IMG/VR virus record: IMGVR_UViG_3300037189_026208
Span: 54,423-74,422 of that record
Strand: one strand, 5' to 3'
Length of the DNA stretch: 20,000 bases
DNA from: an uncultured virus (IMG/VR IMGVR_UViG_3300037189_026208)
Lineage: Duplodnaviria > Heunggongvirae > Uroviricota > Caudoviricetes
Shown here: positions 7,618 to 15,369 of the stretch, one piece after another
How positions within the stretch are numbered: the stretch's first letter is position 1
How the letters are laid out: each line of letters starts with the position of its first letter
Program-made: the position numbers and the translations under genes
The notes under the pieces: generated by a model
Told to the model about the DNA's origin: nothing
Seen by the model: the letters and a program-made list of their open reading frames with translations, nothing else
The model's database searches: none

Positions 7618-7789
7618 ACTTGTAGTTATTAATGTTGTTGTTGTTTGACATACGCCTCAGCCATCCATCCTGGGTAGTTGATTGTATGTGGTTTAGAAGA
7701 AGAGAAGGCTTCCTCTCTACGGAGTACCCGAAGATATTAAAGAAAGCTTCTAGAGGGTTCTTAATGAATGTCTTGATCTTATTCTTCAT
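7595..7789 (-). CDS. hypothetical protein (start revised to MKNKIK)
   Basis: TTGCCG-17-CATAAT-6-ATG. Confidence 0.65.
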   Translation of the reverse strand: MKNKIKTFIKNPLEAFFNIFGYSVERKPSLLLNHIQSTTQDGWLRRMSNNNNINNYKYELYYNL

Positions 7790-7829
7790 ACGAGTATTAT
7801 GAATGCTTTGGTTGGAACCGGCAACTACT

Positions 7830-7958
7830 TTATCGATCAAACGATTTAAATGATTGGCGGTTATAGTTCTTCTTATTCTTAAAGGCCTTCTGACCCGGGG
7901 CCCAATGCCGCCGGGTCTTAATCTCCTTTAGAGAGATGGTAAATGCTTTCGTCTTCAT
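7830..7958 (-). CDS. basic 42-aa microprotein (not in ORF track)
   Basis: MKTKAFTISLKEIKTRRHWAPGQKAFKNKKNYNRQSFKSFDR; TTGCAG-17-TACTAT-7-ATG. Confidence 0.7.
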   Translation of the reverse strand: MKTKAFTISLKEIKTRRHWAPGQKAFKNKKNYNRQSFKSFDR

Positions 7959-7999
7959 ACTACTAATAGTAGAAGCTTATAGAGGCACCTGCAAGTATC

Positions 8000-8164
8000 T
8001 TATAGAGCCTCTACCGCTCTCTTCATACTATCTATCTCCATGACGACGTCGGAGTAGGCTACTACTAGCTCTTGGATCTGCATATCCTTCTGATAGATTT
8101 GATCCTTGAGGACGGCTATGAGCTTCTCCATCTCTTCGATCTTGTTTTGTAGGTCTGTTGTCAT
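8000..8164 (-). CDS. 54-aa coiled-coil protein (not in ORF track)
   Basis: MTTDLQNKIEEMEKLIAVLKDQIYQKDMQIQELV...; ATGA overlap with 8161..8451. Confidence 0.75.
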   Translation of the reverse strand: MTTDLQNKIEEMEKLIAVLKDQIYQKDMQIQELVVAYSDVVMEIDSMKRAVEAL

Positions 8165-8451
8165 TTTGTTGTAGGTGGTTCTTGGCCGGGATTACCATCC
8201 GTCCTCCAGGTACTATAGATGCCTTCATTGAGGGCGTCGATATTGGCGTAGTTGTGGATCAGATCGTAGTCATGCTTGAACTGTAGCGTACCCCAAACCA
8301 GAACCAGAGCTACCCAGAGGGCTAGGATCAATGGCCAGATACGAAGGTAGAGCCTATCTACAAACCTTCTTAGACGCCTCAGTTGTACTTCGATCTCAAC
8401 TGAGATAGGATACCAATATGTCCATTTGAGCTGTTGGGTCTTGGAGAACAT
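8161..8451 (-). CDS. membrane protein
   Basis: TM segment IWPLILALWVALVLVWG. Confidence 0.7.
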   Translation of the reverse strand: MFSKTQQLKWTYWYPISVEIEVQLRRLRRFVDRLYLRIWPLILALWVALVLVWGTLQFKHDYDLIHNYANIDALNEGIYSTWRTDGNPGQEPPTTK

Positions 8452-8458
8452 AATCCTT

Positions 8459-8608
8459 TTAATTCATCATTGTGTTCTGGGTAATGCATACCCTATAAAG
8501 CTTCTCCATGGCGGCCAGGTACTCCTCATCGACTCCCATGAGCCTGGCCGCCATTTGTCGCATGCTATTCATCTCTTCTTCAGAGATGGAGTCTAAAGCG
8601 TTCTCCAT
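8459..8608 (-). CDS. 49-aa microprotein (not in ORF track)
   Basis: MENALDSISEEEMNSMRQMAARLMGVDEEYLAAMEKLYRVCITQNTMMN; fills the gap between neighbours. Confidence 0.6.
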   Translation of the reverse strand: MENALDSISEEEMNSMRQMAARLMGVDEEYLAAMEKLYRVCITQNTMMN

Positions 8609-8612
8609 TATC

Positions 8613-8810
8613 TTATTCGGTTACAATCTCGTAGGTAAGGGACTGGATAGCAAACCCATAGGCGTCGGCGATGGCGTCGGCCAGATCCTCTTCGAGGTTG
8701 CAGCTATCAGGGAACTCAAACTCCAGATCGACTGGAAGGTCACAAAGGTCCTCTTCATTATCGACGACCCAATAGATGTCGGTTACTTTGATCTTGTTCA
8801 GTAGTTCCAT
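8613..8810 (-). CDS. acidic small phage protein
   Basis: IKVTDIYW...DLP...LADAIADAYGF, a pattern typical of small phage proteins. Confidence 0.75.
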   Translation of the reverse strand: MELLNKIKVTDIYWVVDNEEDLCDLPVDLEFEFPDSCNLEEDLADAIADAYGFAIQSLTYEIVTE

Positions 8811-8814
8811 AGTC

Positions 8815-9006
8815 TTAGATTCCGTAGGAGGTTAATACGAGGTAGAAATGATCGGGGTCGAGAACGTCATTGGCGTCATCGGTAGATACTTCGGCGTGAT
8901 TGATTGAGCAGAAGTCATCACGATCAGGATCATAGACGGTGACTGTGTCTTCAAGACGCTCTTTAGGAAGCTTCTTAAGCTCGTTGAGGAGTTGTTTGTA
9001 GGTCAT
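8815..9006 (-). CDS. small phage protein, MTY.QLL..L family
   Basis: MTYKQLLNELKKLPKERLEDTVTVYD. Confidence 0.8.
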   Translation of the reverse strand: MTYKQLLNELKKLPKERLEDTVTVYDPDRDDFCSINHAEVSTDDANDVLDPDHFYLVLTSYGI

Positions 9007-9011
9007 AAGGG

Positions 9012-9260
9012 TTAGGCGGTTACTTGTTTGTTCTTTAGTTGTTCGATCTCGGCTTTAGAGCTGCTATACCCATCATTGATAGCCTCCTGAAGGGTACGTC
9101 CGTAGTTGAAGTATCCGCTGCGATCCATCTCCAGGTATGTTTGAATGGATCCGAGGGTGAAGGCGTATCTGTATTCCTTATTACCTCTGAGTGTCTCAAG
9201 CTCCAGAATCAGATCTACGAGCTCCTTGACGGTTCTATCTACTGTGTTCTTATTTTTCAT
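9012..9260 (-). CDS. hypothetical early protein
   Basis: TTGTAG-17-TATACT-6-ATG. Confidence 0.8.
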   Translation of the reverse strand: MKNKNTVDRTVKELVDLILELETLRGNKEYRYAFTLGSIQTYLEMDRSGYFNYGRTLQEAINDGYSSSKAEIEQLKNKQVTA

Positions 9261-9276
9261 ACGATCAGTATAAGGG

Positions 9277-9477
9277 CTAGAGGTCGGAACTACAAGCTTC
9301 TTCTGCTGGCAACCCTAGAACAATCTCGTTATACTTGCTATGGAATACCTCCTGGATCTGATCTACTAGATTGAACATAATATAGGCCTTATCATTAGCC
9401 CCGCTACTATATTCATTCTCAAGATCTTTGAGGTAGTCGGAGATGAATGCGATGAATTCTTCGTTCTTATCTTTCAT
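9277..9477 (-). CDS. hypothetical early protein
   Basis: TTGAGG-17-CATAAT-6-ATG. Confidence 0.8.
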   Translation of the reverse strand: MKDKNEEFIAFISDYLKDLENEYSSGANDKAYIMFNLVDQIQEVFHSKYNEIVLGLPAEEACSSDL

Positions 9478-9508
9478 ATAATGATTATGATCGGGTTGGA
9501 AGGAAACC

Positions 9509-9706
9509 TCAAGCCAAGAATTTGCCGAATGTCTCCATGCTCAGGTAGTATCGCCTCTGAACGGCCTCAGGCACCCTCCAGAAGTCAGAATCAGGTCCAT
9601 CGCACTTATCATACTCTTTCATCGCTTTCTTGGCTTCATTCATAGCTTCGAAGAAGTCTCGAGCCTTTAAGACGGCTTCCATGTCGTACTTGATCTTATT
9701 TTTCAT
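9509..9706 (-). CDS. hypothetical early protein
   Basis: TTGACC-17-TATACT-6-ATG. Confidence 0.8.
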   Translation of the reverse strand: MKNKIKYDMEAVLKARDFFEAMNEAKKAMKEYDKCDGPDSDFWRVPEAVQRRYYLSMETFGKFLA

Positions 9707-9724
9707 ACGATCAGTATATAGGGT

Positions 9725-9916
9725 TCAGTCCTGAAGGTCAATGATAGAATCTGTAATTCCTTCCATACGTTCCTGTTGGGAATCCTCGACAGCTCCATAG
9801 AAGTACTCCTCATAATGGGCTTCTACTTCGGCTTTGGTAATATCAATGCCTTGATCCTTTAAAGCATCAATAACGTCTTGAATTTCAGAGTCAGCGATTT
9901 CAATCTCAATCTTCAT
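9725..9916 (-). CDS. very acidic small protein
   Basis: 63 aa, D/E-rich. Confidence 0.75.
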   Translation of the reverse strand: MKIEIEIADSEIQDVIDALKDQGIDITKAEVEAHYEEYFYGAVEDSQQERMEGITDSIIDLQD

Positions 9917-9920
9917 ATGT

Positions 9921-10070
9921 TTATTCAGCGGTTAGGAATTTGATGTTGATATAACGGCGTAGACCTCTTGGTTTATTCTTCTCTGACATCATCGCCAGTC
10001 CTCCGACGATTGAACGAATGATCCAGATCTTACCCTGGTCCTCTATGTGCATTCCTTTTCTTATTTTCAT
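9921..10070 (-). CDS. 49-aa early microprotein (not in ORF track)
   Basis: MKIRKGMHIEDQGKIWIIRSIVGGLAMMSEKNKPRGLRRYINIKFLTAE; TTGCAG-17-TATACT-6-ATG. Confidence 0.75.
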   Translation of the reverse strand: MKIRKGMHIEDQGKIWIIRSIVGGLAMMSEKNKPRGLRRYINIKFLTAE

Positions 10071-10170
10071 ACATTCAGTATAAGGGAATTGAAAAGGAAC
10101 TGCAAGCCTGGAAGAGTTGAAAAATAAGAAACGTCTCTATCCAGGCCTGCAGCAACCCTTCCCAAAAGTC

Positions 10171-10548
10171 TCAGTACCTAGGCACCACGATGGTGGGCTG
10201 TGGGGCGGTAAAATACGCTGGGGAATAATAAGCAGGGTTAGCATACGTCGGTACGTATCCTCCACATCCATAGGCTGGTACCGGGACGGGGGCAGCATAT
10301 GCTGGGGCGGCCAGAGCTCCGGCGACGCCTAAACCGAAGAGCGTCCAACCTAGGCCATTAGGGATGCCAGTTCCACACCAGCCACCTCCTCCCCCATAGC
10401 CACATCCCCCGCGGTAGTATCCTCCATTACCGCAACCCCCGCCCCATCCTCCACCACCGCGATAGCATCCCCCATTGCCGTTATAATAGGCTTGGGATGT
10501 ACTAACGAGAGCTGTAATAAGGAGTAGGGATAGAATGATCTTTTTCAT
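10171..10548 (-). CDS. signal-peptide Gly/Cys/Tyr-rich, Pro-rich exported or membrane protein
   Basis: MKKIILSLLLITALVSTSQA signal peptide; GGGGW/GGC repeats; hydrophobic GLGVAGALAA; YxxP tail. Confidence 0.8.
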   Translation of the reverse strand: MKKIILSLLLITALVSTSQAYYNGNGGCYRGGGGWGGGCGNGGYYRGGCGYGGGGGWCGTGIPNGLGWTLFGLGVAGALAAPAYAAPVPVPAYGCGGYVPTYANPAYYSPAYFTAPQPTIVVPRY

Positions 10549-10549
10549 A

Positions 10550-10741
10550 TTATTGATTGTAGTTAGAATTGGCTGATTGTGCAAGCTCCTCATAGTGTTC
10601 AATTACAAAGAGGTATTCATCTTTGGTTAGACCGGCGACGATTCGGGCCTGGGGATCGAGCATATTGTATCGACCGCCAGCTCGGACCTTCTCATAGGCG
10701 AGCCAGTCGTTGATTTGATCTTTGGTAAAGTCCATTGTCAT
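10550..10741 (-). CDS. small protein, DUF5049-like pattern
   Basis: VRAGGRYNMLD...EHYEEL; start revised to MTMDF. Confidence 0.6.
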   Translation of the reverse strand: MTMDFTKDQINDWLAYEKVRAGGRYNMLDPQARIVAGLTKDEYLFVIEHYEELAQSANSNYNQ

Positions 10742-10745
10742 AGTC

Positions 10746-10973
10746 TTAGGCAATGCGTAACATAATGGTACCTTCTTCATCGAGGATCGAGCGCCATTCA
10801 AAGCCCTCGGCCTTCAACTTAGCAATCATCCGGCCGGCTGGTGGGTGGCTATTGTTCAGACGGAAGATCGTTCCGATTGCTGACGAACGCCAGGGATAGG
10901 TGGTCGTATTAAAAGGACGACCTGGCTTACGCTTACCTCGAACATTGATGGACTTGATTTTATTGTGCTTCAT
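10746..10973 (-). CDS. small basic putative DNA-binding protein
   Basis: AT-hook-like KPGRP followed by YPW. Confidence 0.65.
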   Translation of the reverse strand: MKHNKIKSINVRGKRKPGRPFNTTTYPWRSSAIGTIFRLNNSHPPAGRMIAKLKAEGFEWRSILDEEGTIMLRIA

Positions 10974-10996
10974 TGTATTGGATTGTATTTGGGTTT

Positions 10997-11033
10997 AAAA
11001 AGTGGGAGACCCCAGGGCTCGCTGGGATCTCCC
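10997..11033 (-). terminator. intrinsic terminator
   Basis: GGGAGATCCCAG-CGAGCC-CTGGGGTCTCCC-ACTTTTT just after the 11042 stop. Confidence 0.8.
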
Positions 11034-11041
11034 TATGATTC

Positions 11042-11374
11042 TTACTTAGCCTTCCCCTCAACCGGCATAGGAGCCTTAGCCTTAGGAGCGGCCTTCTTCT
11101 TAGCCGTCTGGATCTCCTCCTTCAGAGCCTCGACAACGGTCTCTACCGTCTTCTGAGCAGTCTTCTTAACAGCGCCCTTCCCGGTAAAGGTACGCAGGAG
11201 GTTCTCCAAGGAGCCGTACTTCTCGATCTTCTTCTTGAGGTTGGATCCGAAGCAGGTGAACGCGTTACCGGTTACCGTGCACTCGATGTAGTTCGTCGGA
11301 AGAACTCCGAACTGGTCGAAGTAACCGAGCTGATAGGCGATGACGTCGTCGTTGATGATGTTGTTGTTTTTCAT
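11042..11374 (-). CDS. probable highly expressed early protein with Lys/Ala-rich tail
   Basis: Start revised to MKNNNI; promoter TTGAGG-17-CACAAT (11430-11458); A/C-rich leader; own terminator. Confidence 0.8.
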   Translation of the reverse strand: MKNNNIINDDVIAYQLGYFDQFGVLPTNYIECTVTGNAFTCFGSNLKKKIEKYGSLENLLRTFTGKGAVKKTAQKTVETVVEALKEEIQTAKKKAAPKAKAPMPVEGKAK

Positions 11375-11454
11375 TGTTGGGTTTGTTTTTGGGTTTTGGT
11401 TGTTACTGCTGTACTGATTGTACTTCTTCATTGTGGCTCCGATCCTTCGGAACC

Positions 11455-11664
11455 TCAAGCTTTTTCATCCAGGAATTCCTGAACCTGTTCTTCCAGGATA
11501 GGATCCTGAATAGGATTCCCGTCTGTATCCCGGATCTCAAAATCAATGATCTTTCCCTTGGCGTTGGAATACTCATTGACAACGATGGATCCGTAGCGTG
11601 GGACCTCATCGATAAAATAGGTGTCGAGAATAGTCTCGGTGTGTTCGTGGGTTGTAATTGTCAT
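11455..11664 (-). CDS. acidic early protein
   Basis: TTGAGG-17-CATAAT-6-ATG. Confidence 0.8.
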   Translation of the reverse strand: MTITTHEHTETILDTYFIDEVPRYGSIVVNEYSNAKGKIIDFEIRDTDGNPIQDPILEEQVQEFLDEKA

Positions 11665-11701
11665 ACGAGCATTATGGATGGATTGGAAGGAAACCTCAAG
11701 C

Positions 11702-11977
11702 TTAAACCAATCCTACAAGAGCCTTAAAGGTCTGATCGGATGGACGCTCGGTAGCAAACCAGGTATGGGTAGTATAATTGCCAATATCTACACCGAGATC
11801 TTGAAGGTCTTCACCAATAATAACATCCATAAGCTTCCATCCTTTAACGGCCTGATCTTTAAAAGCCTCTCGGATGATTACTTGCTTGTAAGGATTAATC
11901 TGATACATCTCATAATCATCAATGAAAAGGATGTATTTAGCTGTCGATGAGTTTAGGGCGATGTTCTTATTTTTCAT
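11702..11977 (-). CDS. hypothetical early protein
   Basis: TTGAGT-17-CATACT-6-ATG. Confidence 0.8.
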   Translation of the reverse strand: MKNKNIALNSSTAKYILFIDDYEMYQINPYKQVIIREAFKDQAVKGWKLMDVIIGEDLQDLGVDIGNYTTHTWFATERPSDQTFKALVGLV

Positions 11978-11995
11978 AGATTCAGTATGTAGGGA

Positions 11996-12187
11996 TCAGA
12001 GAAGGAACTCAAGCTGTTTCTTCAGCTCCTGTGCCGTCTCTATATCAATGACGATGATTTGATTGCAGGAAAACCCCTTGAGGGTCAGCTCCAGGACCTC
12101 CTTATGGCCTTCGTATGGGTTCTGGCCATGACGTACGGCTACGCCTTGGTAGATAGATCCGGTGATTGGTTCTTCTGTATTTTTCAT
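11996..12187 (-). CDS. hypothetical early protein (start revised to MKNTEE)
   Basis: TTGCCT-17-CATAAT-7-ATG. Confidence 0.8.
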   Translation of the reverse strand: MKNTEEPITGSIYQGVAVRHGQNPYEGHKEVLELTLKGFSCNQIIVIDIETAQELKKQLEFLL

Positions 12188-12224
12188 AGATTGGATTATG
12201 GATTGGAAGGAAAGAACAGGCAAG

Positions 12225-12494
12225 CTATTCCTTCTCCCAAAGATAAGCCCTTTCAGTCAGATCTTGGATGAAGCAGCTGAATTCGCCATTCATACAAGCA
12301 TTCTCAACGGCCAAAGCAGCCTCTTCCAACGCTGGATCCTCAGTATAAAGGACATCGATGGCTTCTGTATACTCTGGCTTATCCATAAAACCTTTCAGTT
12401 CTTGGAGGGCCTTATAGACGCCAGAGGTAAGCTCTTCGTAGCGTCCGGCGATAGCGATGATGGCTTCAGGGTTCAGGGTGTTTTTATTTTTCAT
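12225..12494 (-). CDS. hypothetical early protein
   Basis: TTGTCT-17-CATAAT-6-ATG. Confidence 0.8.
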   Translation of the reverse strand: MKNKNTLNPEAIIAIAGRYEELTSGVYKALQELKGFMDKPEYTEAIDVLYTEDPALEEAALAVENACMNGEFSCFIQDLTERAYLWEKE

Positions 12495-12552
12495 GCATTC
12501 ATTATGGCAGCAGAGGGAAGGAAAGACAAGGGAATCTTTTTTTATTTCCGGC

Positions 12553-12581
12553 TTGATGGTTCCAATAGGAGCCTATAGAAT
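12553..12581 (+). promoter_or_regulatory. divergent sigma70-type promoter facing a non-coding region
   Basis: TTGATG-GTTCCAATAGGAGCCTA(17)-TAGAAT, same style as the early promoters. Confidence 0.65.
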
Positions 12582-12856
12582 GAAAGGATAATAAAGAAGA
12601 GGTCGTTGAGCAGGGACCTAGGAGAAGAAAACAGCTCGAAGAGGGAGTAACATCCTGCCACGTTTGTTAGCACACCCTGCCCCTATATACTAACATCGTT
12701 GTTAAATCTTCCTAGAATAGGGTAACTAACTTCTCTGTTAGATGTTAGTAGAATTTCCTGCTTGCAACAATCAGTAAGTACCGGATAATGGAAATATAGT
12801 TCAGGAAATCTCGGATAGTTCAGTTGAACATTCCTAGAAGTAAGCACGGAAAGTAC

Positions 12857-12924
12857 TAGAAAAAAACTGTTCTAAAAAAACCGTGAAAAAAACAGGGTAG
12901 AAAAAAACTGTGAAAAAAAACGTG
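12857..12924. repeat. five A7-A8 tracts in short degenerate repeats
   Basis: Tracts start at 12860, 12874, 12886, 12901, 12913; TAGAAAAAAACTGT occurs twice. Confidence 0.7.
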
Positions 12925-12998
12925 TGGCTACCCCTCATGGATTCGAACCATGACAAAGAGAGCCAAAATCTCTTGTGCTACCGTTACACTAAAGGGTA
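12925..12998 (-). tRNA. tRNA-Gln(TTG)
   Basis: Cloverleaf; AGAGA-TT-TTG-GC-TCTCT; GGTTCGAATCC; CCA encoded. Confidence 0.95.
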
Positions 12999-13002
12999 AG
13001 AA

Positions 13003-13077
13003 TGGCTCCCGAGGCTGGATTCGAACCAACAACATGCGAGTTAACAGCTCGCTGCTCTACCGTTGAGCTACTCGGGA
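13003..13077 (-). tRNA. tRNA-Asn(GTT)
   Basis: GCGAG-CT-GTT-AA-CTCGC; CCA encoded. Confidence 0.95.
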
Positions 13078-13083
13078 ACAATT

Positions 13084-13166
13084 TGGGCAGAGAAGGACTC
13101 GAACCTTCGAAGGCGAATGCCAAAGGATTTACAGTCCTCCCCGTTTGACCGCTTCGGTATCTACCC
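13084..13166 (-). tRNA. tRNA-Tyr(GTA)
   Basis: GAGGA-CT-GTA-AA-TCCTT; long variable arm; CCA not encoded. Confidence 0.93.
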
Positions 13167-13217
13167 GTATTGCTTATACAATTTATAATAGACATAGATA
13201 TAGTCAAGAGAATAAAA

Positions 13218-13292
13218 TGGCATCCTCAAGGGGATTTGAACCCCTGCTAGGTCCGTGAAAGGGACCGGTGCTAACCGCTACACTATGAGGAC
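13218..13292 (-). tRNA. tRNA-Glu(TTC)
   Basis: GGTCC-CT-TTC-AC-GGACC; CCA encoded; TTGCCT-16-TATAAT upstream. Confidence 0.95.
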
Positions 13293-13507
13293 ATAGATAG
13301 AGTATTATATAGGCTCTATAAGAATAGGCAAGAGCTATTAAAGGAATCTAAGAGAAATTCCCCTTATTAGGAGGCTATAAGGACTGTTTATATGAGAAAA
13401 AAATTAAAAAAATTCTTGAAAAATTGTAAGGACACACTAAGTGTTTTCTAAGTATTCGCAATTATTCTTCCATTCCCTAATCAATCTTTAATAATCTTTA
13501 ATACTCT

Positions 13508-13747
13508 CTATATAAGCTCTACCTTTGTTCTATGATTAAAAGTGACACATTGTCCTACTACAATTGGCCAGACACCTTCTGGAAGTACCGGAGGAACATC
13601 TACTACGATCCTGGCAGCTTTATAGGCTGGGTTACGAGCTTCTGGCCAATAAGGACTGGCACATCTATAGACACCTCCATCATTGTTATGTTTGAACTGT
13701 TGGCCTTTCTTTAGCTCTCCAATTCTTACAATGTTCTTATTGTTCAT
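13508..13747 (-). CDS. hypothetical early protein
   Basis: TTGAAT-17-TAAAAT-6-ATG. Confidence 0.8.
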   Translation of the reverse strand: MNNKNIVRIGELKKGQQFKHNNDGGVYRCASPYWPEARNPAYKAARIVVDVPPVLPEGVWPIVVGQCVTFNHRTKVELI

Positions 13748-13785
13748 AGATTCATTTTAAAATCTATCGGAGGAACATTCAAGCT

Positions 13786-14091
13786 TTAAATGATACCCAA
13801 GAGACCTTCAAATGAGTCTTTTGTTTCCGGTGATAGATTCTTCATTATATTATATCTCTCTATCGCCTTTAATCCTTCTTCTTCTATATCTTTGAATATA
13901 TTAACCGATGTTGCCAGCCCCAGTAATGGCTTATATTTTGTTGGTACCTTTAAGAACGCTAGATATGATCTCTTTTTACCTTTTTCTAAAACAAATTGCC
14001 AGGTATTACCTTCATTATCTTTCATCTCATACCCTGGTTCCCTTCTCTTTCCTACTATCTTATACTCTACATCTGTAAATGTTAATGACAT
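13786..14091 (-). CDS. tag-family protein (dispersed)
   Basis: Ends KAIERYNIMKNLSPETKDSFEGLLGII. Confidence 0.88.
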   Translation of the reverse strand: MSLTFTDVEYKIVGKRREPGYEMKDNEGNTWQFVLEKGKKRSYLAFLKVPTKYKPLLGLATSVNIFKDIEEEGLKAIERYNIMKNLSPETKDSFEGLLGII

Positions 14092-14094
14092 AAC

Positions 14095-14226
14095 CTATTC
14101 CTTTACGCAATTATTAACTACCCTCCCGGATGGTAGCTTCTTTGTTCCTTTCTTCTTATATCCCTTCCAACAATGCATTTGCTTCTTTTCGGTTAATATA
14201 GCTTTTACAATTTTATCAAAATTCAT
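14095..14226 (-). CDS. 43-aa CWKGY...NCV microprotein with T4-like leader (not in ORF track)
   Basis: MNFDKIVKAILTEKKQMHCWKGYKKKGTKKLPSGRVVNNCVKE; perfect TATAAATA 6 nt upstream. Confidence 0.85.
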   Translation of the reverse strand: MNFDKIVKAILTEKKQMHCWKGYKKKGTKKLPSGRVVNNCVKE

Positions 14227-14232
14227 ATACTC

Positions 14233-14240
14233 TATTTATA
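14233..14240 (-). promoter_or_regulatory. T4-type late promoter TATAAATA (representative of 9 sites)
   Basis: TAA(A/G)TA 6-7 nt before starts at 262, 1578, 5626, 6459, 14226, 14589, 14615(+), 16471(+), 17278. Confidence 0.75.
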
Positions 14241-14589
14241 CAACATCAATAAAGCTACCGAACGTTTCTTTTGTATCATCGGACATATGCTTTTCTAATT
14301 CAAATCTATTATATTCCTTTTTTACTAGATCTCTAATATACTTTTCTAGTTCCTTACGATCTGGAGATAATGTATCTTTTGATATCCCAGGGATCTTACT
14401 ACTCAATGAATAGCCTATATCCTTATCAAATCCATCATTTGTCCCATAGATACCCATCTTCTCACCATTTATATAAACATCGGCTAGTACCGTCCATATC
14501 TTAGAACTAGTACTGGGACGAATCTTTACAGCAATATCCAATCCTGCAAAGCCTTCATTGAGTATACTCTCTACTAGATCCTGGAACAT
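14236..14589 (-). CDS. tag-family protein (dispersed)
   Basis: MFQDLVESILNE...MSDDTKETFGSFIDVV. Confidence 0.88.
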   Translation of the reverse strand: MFQDLVESILNEGFAGLDIAVKIRPSTSSKIWTVLADVYINGEKMGIYGTNDGFDKDIGYSLSSKIPGISKDTLSPDRKELEKYIRDLVKKEYNRFELEKHMSDDTKETFGSFIDVV

Positions 14590-14614
14590 ATATTATACTT
14601 ATTAAATAATACAC

Positions 14615-15025
14615 ATGTCATTTAGTCAATTAGTTCTGGAAACCCTAGATGAATACCGAGTCATCGGGGATGCCTCCCATCATGCTATCAATATGGCTAT
14701 GCGGTACTTTACCGCCGGGATCAAGGATACTGATAAGATCTTCACCCAACCTATTGAACATGGATGGCTTTTGAATGTACGAGGGGATAAGATTTATGTA
14801 TTCCCTAATTACTTTATAGGTATGATGGATCCAGGTGATTCAGATTACGTCGTCTTTAATGATCAATATAACTTCATTAACCGTTCAACCAATCGTGTTA
14901 ATAATCCAAAGGGAGTTATTGATAATAGAAAGATAAAGAAAGCGATTGAGAATTGGGAGATGCTTAAGTCAGTATCCCCAGATACTAAATCCTCATTCGA
15001 AGACTTATTAGGTACTATATCCTAA
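14615..15025 (+). CDS. tag-family protein (dispersed, plus strand)
   Basis: MSFSQLVLET...KAIENWEMLKSVSPDTKSSFEDLLGTIS. Confidence 0.88.
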   Translation: MSFSQLVLETLDEYRVIGDASHHAINMAMRYFTAGIKDTDKIFTQPIEHGWLLNVRGDKIYVFPNYFIGMMDPGDSDYVVFNDQYNFINRSTNRVNNPKGVIDNRKIKKAIENWEMLKSVSPDTKSSFEDLLGTIS

Positions 15026-15369
15026 CCGATCAGCTTCTCCAGTAGCATTCTACTGTTAACCTTAATATCACACTCCAAGGCGTCTCTAGATTCAATAGCC
15101 TTAAAGTACTCTTCGTCATTATCAATCAGTTCCTGACCTAACGTCTTCTTAACATCTGGATTGAGCTTTGATTTGATCAGTTCCAGGATTGGCTCCACAT
15201 CTTTATCTGATAGATGGAGGGTAACTTCGGAGCCATCATATACGGAACCATAATTGAATTCCAGCTTTAGAGTAACCGGAGGACATGGACTATAACCAAA
15301 TGGTTGACCAGTAAAGTCGGAGAAGTAACTTGCCTCCTCTATCTGTTCAGGAACGATTATCTTTTTCAT
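15022..15369 (-). CDS. hypothetical protein coupled to queD
   Basis: 115 aa; 4-nt overlap with queD. Confidence 0.8.
   Translation of the reverse strand: MKKIIVPEQIEEASYFSDFTGQPFGYSPCPPVTLKLEFNYGSVYDGSEVTLHLSDKDVEPILELIKSKLNPDVKKTLGQELIDNDEEYFKAIESRDALECDIKVNSRMLLEKLIG

Larger units (their letters stand above)
7796..13782 (-). promoter_or_regulatory. set of 12 sigma70-type promoters (TTGnnn-17-YAnnnT), 11 placed for leaderless initiation
   Basis: At 7796-7824, 7966-7994, 9267-9295, 9484-9512, 9713-9741, 10077-10105, 11430-11458, 11671-11699, 11984-12012, 12195-12223, 12501-12529, 13754-13782. Confidence 0.85.

Noticed and set aside
4100..11609. Alternative-frame minus ORFs 4100..4303, 8028..8228, 11403..11609
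   Set aside because: Nested in or overlapping better genes (3807..4343; 8000..8164 and 8161..8451; 11455..11664).
12989..13207. 72-aa ORF
   Set aside because: Runs through the tRNA-Tyr, Asn and Gln genes.
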